Source: a virus
Lineage: Duplodnaviria > Caudoviricetes
Reading direction: 5' to 3' (one strand)
Length of the DNA stretch: 27,249 bases
IMG/VR virus record: IMGVR_UViG_3300007550_000014
Span: 1-27,249 of that record
Shown here: positions 23,290 through 27,249 of the stretch, piece after piece
Numbering within the stretch: position 1 is the first letter of the stretch
Layout of the letters: the number at the start of each line of letters is the position of its first letter
Made by a program: the position numbers and the translations under genes
The notes under the pieces: model-generated
The model's input: the letters and a program-made list of their open reading frames with translations, nothing else
Told to the model about the DNA's origin: nothing
The model's database searches: none

Positions 23290-25065
23290 TTAGACTCGCG
23301 TGACTATCGTGCTCGTAGTTCCGTCTCCGGTGATCGCCTGTGTGATAGCTCCCGCCGAGCGTAGCGTTGGCGTTACCGTTAGCGCGTTTGCGATATCGAG
23401 TCCGTGGATCGCGTGGATCTCTGTTACTTGCACAAGCTCCGGCGCGAGTTCCGTTCTGACGGCGCTTGCATTCCCTGCCGCTGTTGGTATCGCGGCGAGT
23501 TGAGTGTCGAGGTTTGCGGTGGCGAGGCCTATTGCGGCGCGGACGTCAGCTGCGGTTAGCGTTGCTGTTCCTGTGGTCGCATCCACGGGAACGCCAAGTG
23601 CAACTGATCCCGCCGCTGGAATGTATGCAACGCCCGTAAGTGCTCCGCTTGCATACACGGTTCCAAAGCGAACGTCTGTGATGGCGGCTTGTCCGAAACT
23701 GTTGTCGGCGGTGAAAAAATCGCTGTATGTTGTTGATCCGTTTTTGCCTTGCCGGAATTTTGCTGTGGTCGGAGTTGGGTCGATGAGATATTTGGACGCA
23801 TATATGGCAGATATTCCGTTTGCGCTACCGATGAGCGATCCGCTAATTTTGACGTTGGCTGCGGTGTTGTCTGAGGATAAGCCACTCGCGGAGTTGGTCG
23901 CGGTGATGTCGCCTGTCGATACGATTGTTCCTGTGCTGGCGTTGTTTAGGCCGTAGGCGGTGGTGCCGCTTCCGCCCGTTAGTGTGCTGGAAGTAACGGT
24001 GACCGTTCCTGTGCTGGTATTGCTGAGACCGTAGGCGTTTGTGCCGCTTCCGCCCGTTAGCGTGCTAGATGTGATTGTGATCGTTCCTGTGCTGGTATTG
24101 CTGAGACCGTAGGCGCTGGAGTTGCTCCCGCCCGTTATCGTACTAGATGTGACGGTGATTGTTCCTGTGCTGGCGTTGTTTAGGCCGAAGGAAGCGGTGC
24201 CAATCCCTCCCGTTAGCGTGCTAGATGTGATTGTGATCGTTCCTGTGCTGGCGTTGTTTAGGCCGTAGGTGGAGGAGCCTCCACTCCCGCCGGTTACCGC
24301 GCTCGATGTTATGGTGACTGCGCCTGTGCTGGCGTTGTTTAGGCCGTAGGCGAAGGAGTTATTTCCACCCGTCAATGTGCTGGCATTTGTAACACCTATA
24401 GTTCCTGCCGCCGACGTAGACTCGATGGCGTGCGCTCCGTTTGCGGCGGTTGTTCCCGGCACTCTTCCGCCGATTGCGACAATGCCATCGAGCGTTAATG
24501 TTCCGCTTGATGAAAATGCAATAGCGCGAGTCGACAAGTTAACTGCCGAGCCTGTTGCACGGCAACCAGCAAGTGTCGAGCTTGCGGCTGCGGAAACGGT
24601 CAAGCAATTCGCGGAGCCTGCTTGGATGTATGCACCCGTGATATTCCAGTTTGCCGCTAGTGTGAATCCGCCGCCCGTTGCAATAGTCAGCGGCGTGTTG
24701 ACGTAGTTCAACAAAGCTCCCATGCGGCGAGCCGTGCCGGTGGTTGCTGTGCCTGCGTTGACGGCTTGGAAAATCTGACCGACTGCTGAGGTGATCGCGA
24801 CCGGAGTTCCTGCATTTGTTCCTGGAGCAATGCAGTTTGCCGTCAATGCAAAGTTGGTCGTTCCAAGCGAAACGACCATGTAGATTTGTCCCGGAATAAA
24901 CGAGCCAGATGTGTCCACGGTTGAGCCGGTCAAGTCGATGGATTGATCAAGTGCTACTGTGAAGCTATTCGCGTAGACGGTATCGTTGAGCGTTGGCACT
25001 ACGCCGCCGCTCCATGTTCCAACTGCGCTCCAGTTTCCAGATGCTTGAGCTTTGATGACGGCCAT
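23290..25065 (-). CDS. Ser/Thr/Gly-rich beta-helix repeat protein (fibre/adhesin-like) in the head module
   Basis: 591 aa; N-terminal SGNWS...TWSGGVVP, six 26-aa repeats, C-terminal DVRFGTVY motif. Confidence 0.7.
   Translation of the reverse strand: MAVIKAQASGNWSAVGTWSGGVVPTLNDTVYANSFTVALDQSIDLTGSTVDTSGSFIPGQIYMVVSLGTTNFALTANCIAPGTNAGTPVAITSAVGQIFQAVNAGTATTGTARRMGALLNYVNTPLTIATGGGFTLAANWNITGAYIQAGSANCLTVSAAASSTLAGCRATGSAVNLSTRAIAFSSSGTLTLDGIVAIGGRVPGTTAANGAHAIESTSAAGTIGVTNASTLTGGNNSFAYGLNNASTGAVTITSSAVTGGSGGSSTYGLNNASTGTITITSSTLTGGIGTASFGLNNASTGTITVTSSTITGGSNSSAYGLSNTSTGTITITSSTLTGGSGTNAYGLSNTSTGTVTVTSSTLTGGSGTTAYGLNNASTGTIVSTGDITATNSASGLSSDNTAANVKISGSLIGSANGISAIYASKYLIDPTPTTAKFRQGKNGSTTYSDFFTADNSFGQAAITDVRFGTVYASGALTGVAYIPAAGSVALGVPVDATTGTATLTAADVRAAIGLATANLDTQLAAIPTAAGNASAVRTELAPELVQVTEIHAIHGLDIANALTVTPTLRSAGAITQAITGDGTTSTIVTRV
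23927..24397. repeat. Intragenic 78-bp tandem repeat, about 6 units
   Basis: Units begin at 23927, 24005, 24083, 24161, 24239 and 24320 (last period 81 bp) with g(tt/cg)cctgtgctgg..., encoding TITxTSSTLTGGxxxxxYGLxNxSTG. Confidence 0.9.
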
Positions 25066-25068
25066 ATT

Positions 25069-25350
25069 TTAAAGCCCTTCCGCGTAAATGAATTTTTGGA
25101 TTGCGGCGGATACTTCATCGACCGCGACGACTGCTGGTTGCGAAGCGGAGGCAAGCGAACCGAAAAGAACCGTGCGATTGTTTTCTTGCGACTGCTCGAC
25201 TTGGTCGCCTTCAAAGCGTGTCGGCGTGAGCGTCAATACAACGCTCGCGTCCTGTTGGTCTGGCGAGTTGTAGCGACTCGCTGTTGCGAGTGTCATTGTA
25301 TAAAGATCGTAGGTCTTGCCGTCGATGACGATTGGGTTGGTTGGTTTCAT
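25069..25350 (-). CDS. Hypothetical protein
   Basis: 93-aa ORF tightly packed in the operon. Confidence 0.6.
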   Translation of the reverse strand: MKPTNPIVIDGKTYDLYTMTLATASRYNSPDQQDASVVLTLTPTRFEGDQVEQSQENNRTVLFGSLASASQPAVVAVDEVSAAIQKFIYAEGL

Positions 25351-25352
25351 AT

Positions 25353-25766
25353 TTAAGCTAAAAGAATGAGTGCGCTGGTTTCGGTTGGCTTGGGAAATTT
25401 GAGTTCAAACGCGCCGTCGTAGACGTGCCGCTCGGCTCCAAGGTTGAGAACGCACAAGGTTGCGTTGCCCTTGCTGGCGTTGTAGATCATCGCTCCACCT
25501 GCGGCGAAGGTTGCGGATTTTAGGACAACGTCATCAAATGTTATAAAAGCATTTTTGCCGATGATGCCTGTGCGATGTCCCTTTAGTGCTACGCCTCCAG
25601 CGTTGTAGCCCAGCCCCTTGATCTCGCCTTCGGTTGTGTAGGCTTTTGTCGTCGGCCCGATCTTTGCCGATGCGCTGTAAAGCGCGATCCGATAGTCGTC
25701 GCCGGGTTGGTGAACGCCGGTGATGAGTGCCTTTTTTGCTTCGAGTGCAATTCCGTGTGTGATCAT
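25353..25766 (-). CDS. Small virion structural protein (137 aa; start ATG 25766)
   Basis: YRIALYS...AYTTEGEI.G.GYNAGG..L...FDDV...GAMIYN pattern common in phage structural genes; TAATG overlap with the portal stop. Confidence 0.65.
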   Translation of the reverse strand: MITHGIALEAKKALITGVHQPGDDYRIALYSASAKIGPTTKAYTTEGEIKGLGYNAGGVALKGHRTGIIGKNAFITFDDVVLKSATFAAGGAMIYNASKGNATLCVLNLGAERHVYDGAFELKFPKPTETSALILLA

Positions 25767-27249
25767 TATTTTTTCTCCCATTGTGCAGAGCATACGGCTA
25801 CGCGCTGGCTCTCGTCTGGATATTCGCTCGACATCGTTCCGCTTACCATGCAACGGCCAATGAAGTCGTCTTGCTCTTCGTCTTTTTCTGGAGTCGGCAT
25901 AACGAGTTCGTGCTTTGTTTCAAAGCCGGTGATGCGTCCGAACGTATCGCGAACGGCGAGCGATACTTTCATCTGTTCGGGCTGCGATGCCTGCATTCCT
26001 TTGACCTTATCAGCGGCCCAAGTCTGCCCTGCGTCTCCGCCCCACAATGCCCATGCAATGCGGCCTGCGGATGGGAATCCGTCTTCATCTGGAGTGAACC
26101 CCTGTCCTTTTTTATCAACTTCGTGCCGTGAAAAAAACGAGTGCATTCTTTTAACGGTATCGTCGGATAAGTTCTTGCCGTTGCTGATGTCGCGAGCGCG
26201 TGCGACTCCGACCTCGGTTCCGCCTCGGTTGTATTCTTCGCGCCACTTTAAGCCACGAGCGGCCTCTTCGATCATGCCCTTGCTAGGCTTGTTCTGATCG
26301 GCCTCGAATGCTGACGGTGCTGGTTCTGCCTGCGGCTTTGCCGGTTCGGCGTTGATGATTTTGTTTGCGTTCTCCTCGTCCATTCCGAAGACAACGCGAA
26401 GGATGACGGCGACTTGTTCCGCTGAAAGTTCTCCGCGACCGAGCGAAGCAAGGATGCCGGAAAGCGCATCCGTACCGCCGATGCCGATGCTCTCGATGAG
26501 CGGCGGTGCTTCGTTCTTGCTCTCGTCAAAGATGGTGTCGATAGCAGTAATCGGAACGGAATCAGAAATGCGGTTGGGTTGGATGTCGAACTCTTGACCA
26601 AGTTCCTTGATCATGTTCGCTTCCTTGGCGCGTGCGCGAAGTGCTTCCTCGTAGTCTTCACCCATATCGGAGTAAATCTGTCCTGCTGTCTTCAATCCAG
26701 CTTTCCACAAAGCGATGTCGGCATTGGCCTCGCGTCCGTAGTCAATCGAAACTTTGGCTGGCCAGCACCAACGGCCATCAAGCAAGTATTCGGAATCTGG
26801 AATGAGTCCGCGAGATGCGGCGTCGAGTAAGATAACATTTTTTATCCTGTTGAGGAACTGACCTTCCAAGAGTCCACGCCACCGAAGAAATGTTCGCTCT
26901 GCCATCGCGGCCTCCATGCGAGCCATAGGGCCGCTCTTGTCGGCGTCGAATGCAAATCCATATGGCAAGCCGACTGCCATGCAAATGTGCGCCTGCACCA
27001 AGCGGATGAACTCTCCGAATGCTCCGGTCGGTCTGTCCGACTTGAACATTTCCATTTTCTCGCCTGCGCTCAAATAGTTGACCGTGCCAGGATCGAGCGA
27101 CTGAAGGCGTGCGACTTGACCTTGATCGTTCGTGTTTCCGCGAGCAAAGTAGTCGCCAGCGTCTGCGGCTCCGCTCTCGGTGGTGATGACGCCGGATTGA
27201 TAGCTCGCGTATTTGATCGCCTGCACTTCGGCCTTGATCGCTTCTTGCA
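25766..27249 (-). CDS. Portal protein, lambda family, with C-terminal extensions (5' partial)
   Basis: LDPGTVNYLSAGEKM...RP...AVGLPY...WCWPAKVSIDYGREA...GEDYEE portal pattern. Frame is open beyond the window end (QEAIKAEVQAIKY). Confidence 0.85.
   Translation of the reverse strand, partial: QEAIKAEVQAIKYASYQSGVITTESGAADAGDYFARGNTNDQGQVARLQSLDPGTVNYLSAGEKMEMFKSDRPTGAFGEFIRLVQAHICMAVGLPYGFAFDADKSGPMARMEAAMAERTFLRWRGLLEGQFLNRIKNVILLDAASRGLIPDSEYLLDGRWCWPAKVSIDYGREANADIALWKAGLKTAGQIYSDMGEDYEEALRARAKEANMIKELGQEFDIQPNRISDSVPITAIDTIFDESKNEAPPLIESIGIGGTDALSGILASLGRGELSAEQVAVILRVVFGMDEENANKIINAEPAKPQAEPAPSAFEADQNKPSKGMIEEAARGLKWREEYNRGGTEVGVARARDISNGKNLSDDTVKRMHSFFSRHEVDKKGQGFTPDEDGFPSAGRIAWALWGGDAGQTWAADKVKGMQASQPEQMKVSLAVRDTFGRITGFETKHELVMPTPEKDEEQDDFIGRCMVSGTMSSEYPDESQRVAVCSAQWEKK

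Larger units (their letters stand above)
1..27249 (-). mobile_element. Tailed dsDNA bacteriophage (siphovirus-like) genome segment: head, tail, lysis and recombination modules
   Basis: Co-oriented portal, protease/scaffold, major capsid, tail tube, frameshifted chaperone, tape measure, endolysin/holins and RuvC/AAA/Cas4-like genes. No host housekeeping genes, integrase or att site in the window, so prophage versus free phage cannot be decided. Confidence 0.95.

Noticed and set aside
23927-24397. Regularly spaced repeats resembling a CRISPR array or a DGR template/variable pair
   Set aside because: The period is a multiple of 3 inside an open frame, the intervening parts are similar to one another rather than unique spacers, and no reverse transcriptase or cas operon is in the window.
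2839-25853. Longest-ORF starts in the track (3261, 3806, 4782, 5428, 5595, 5899, 8052, 14804, 18327, 20581, 25853)
   Set aside because: They overlap upstream genes or terminators heavily. Downstream starts with ATGA/TAATG/TTGA coupling, the TTGAC element or a better domain fit were used instead.

Overview
The whole window is one piece of a tailed dsDNA phage genome (siphovirus-like), with every credible gene on the minus strand. In transcription order (right to left) it holds: a lambda-type portal (partial, with extra C-terminal domains), portal-adjacent fibre-like genes, a protease/scaffold with a probable nested scaffold start, a capsid decoration protein and the major capsid protein. Next come a three-gene glycosyltransferase cassette (GT2-TPR-GT2, DUF5672, GT9-like), head closure, a fibre plus an autotransporter-repeat protein, tail terminator, tail tube, a tail chaperone with a -1 frameshift, the tape measure protein and small tail-tip genes. 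One tail-tip gene is a sulfotransferase fused to a Cys-rich domain. The left end has a lysis cassette (two holin candidates, a lipoprotein, an M15 endolysin), a metallophosphoesterase/HTH block and a recombination block (RuvC-like, Sak4-like AAA ATPase, Cas4-like nuclease). The most notable items are (1) a candidate virion glycosylation and sulfation system embedded in the structural operon, (2) a recurring TTGAC(A/G)-N13-18-start-codon element in front of seven structural starts, and (3) RNA-level control signals at the protease, tail chaperone and DUF5659-like genes. All family calls come from motifs recognised by eye, with no database searches. A PVC-superphylum (Verrucomicrobia-like) host is only an inference.
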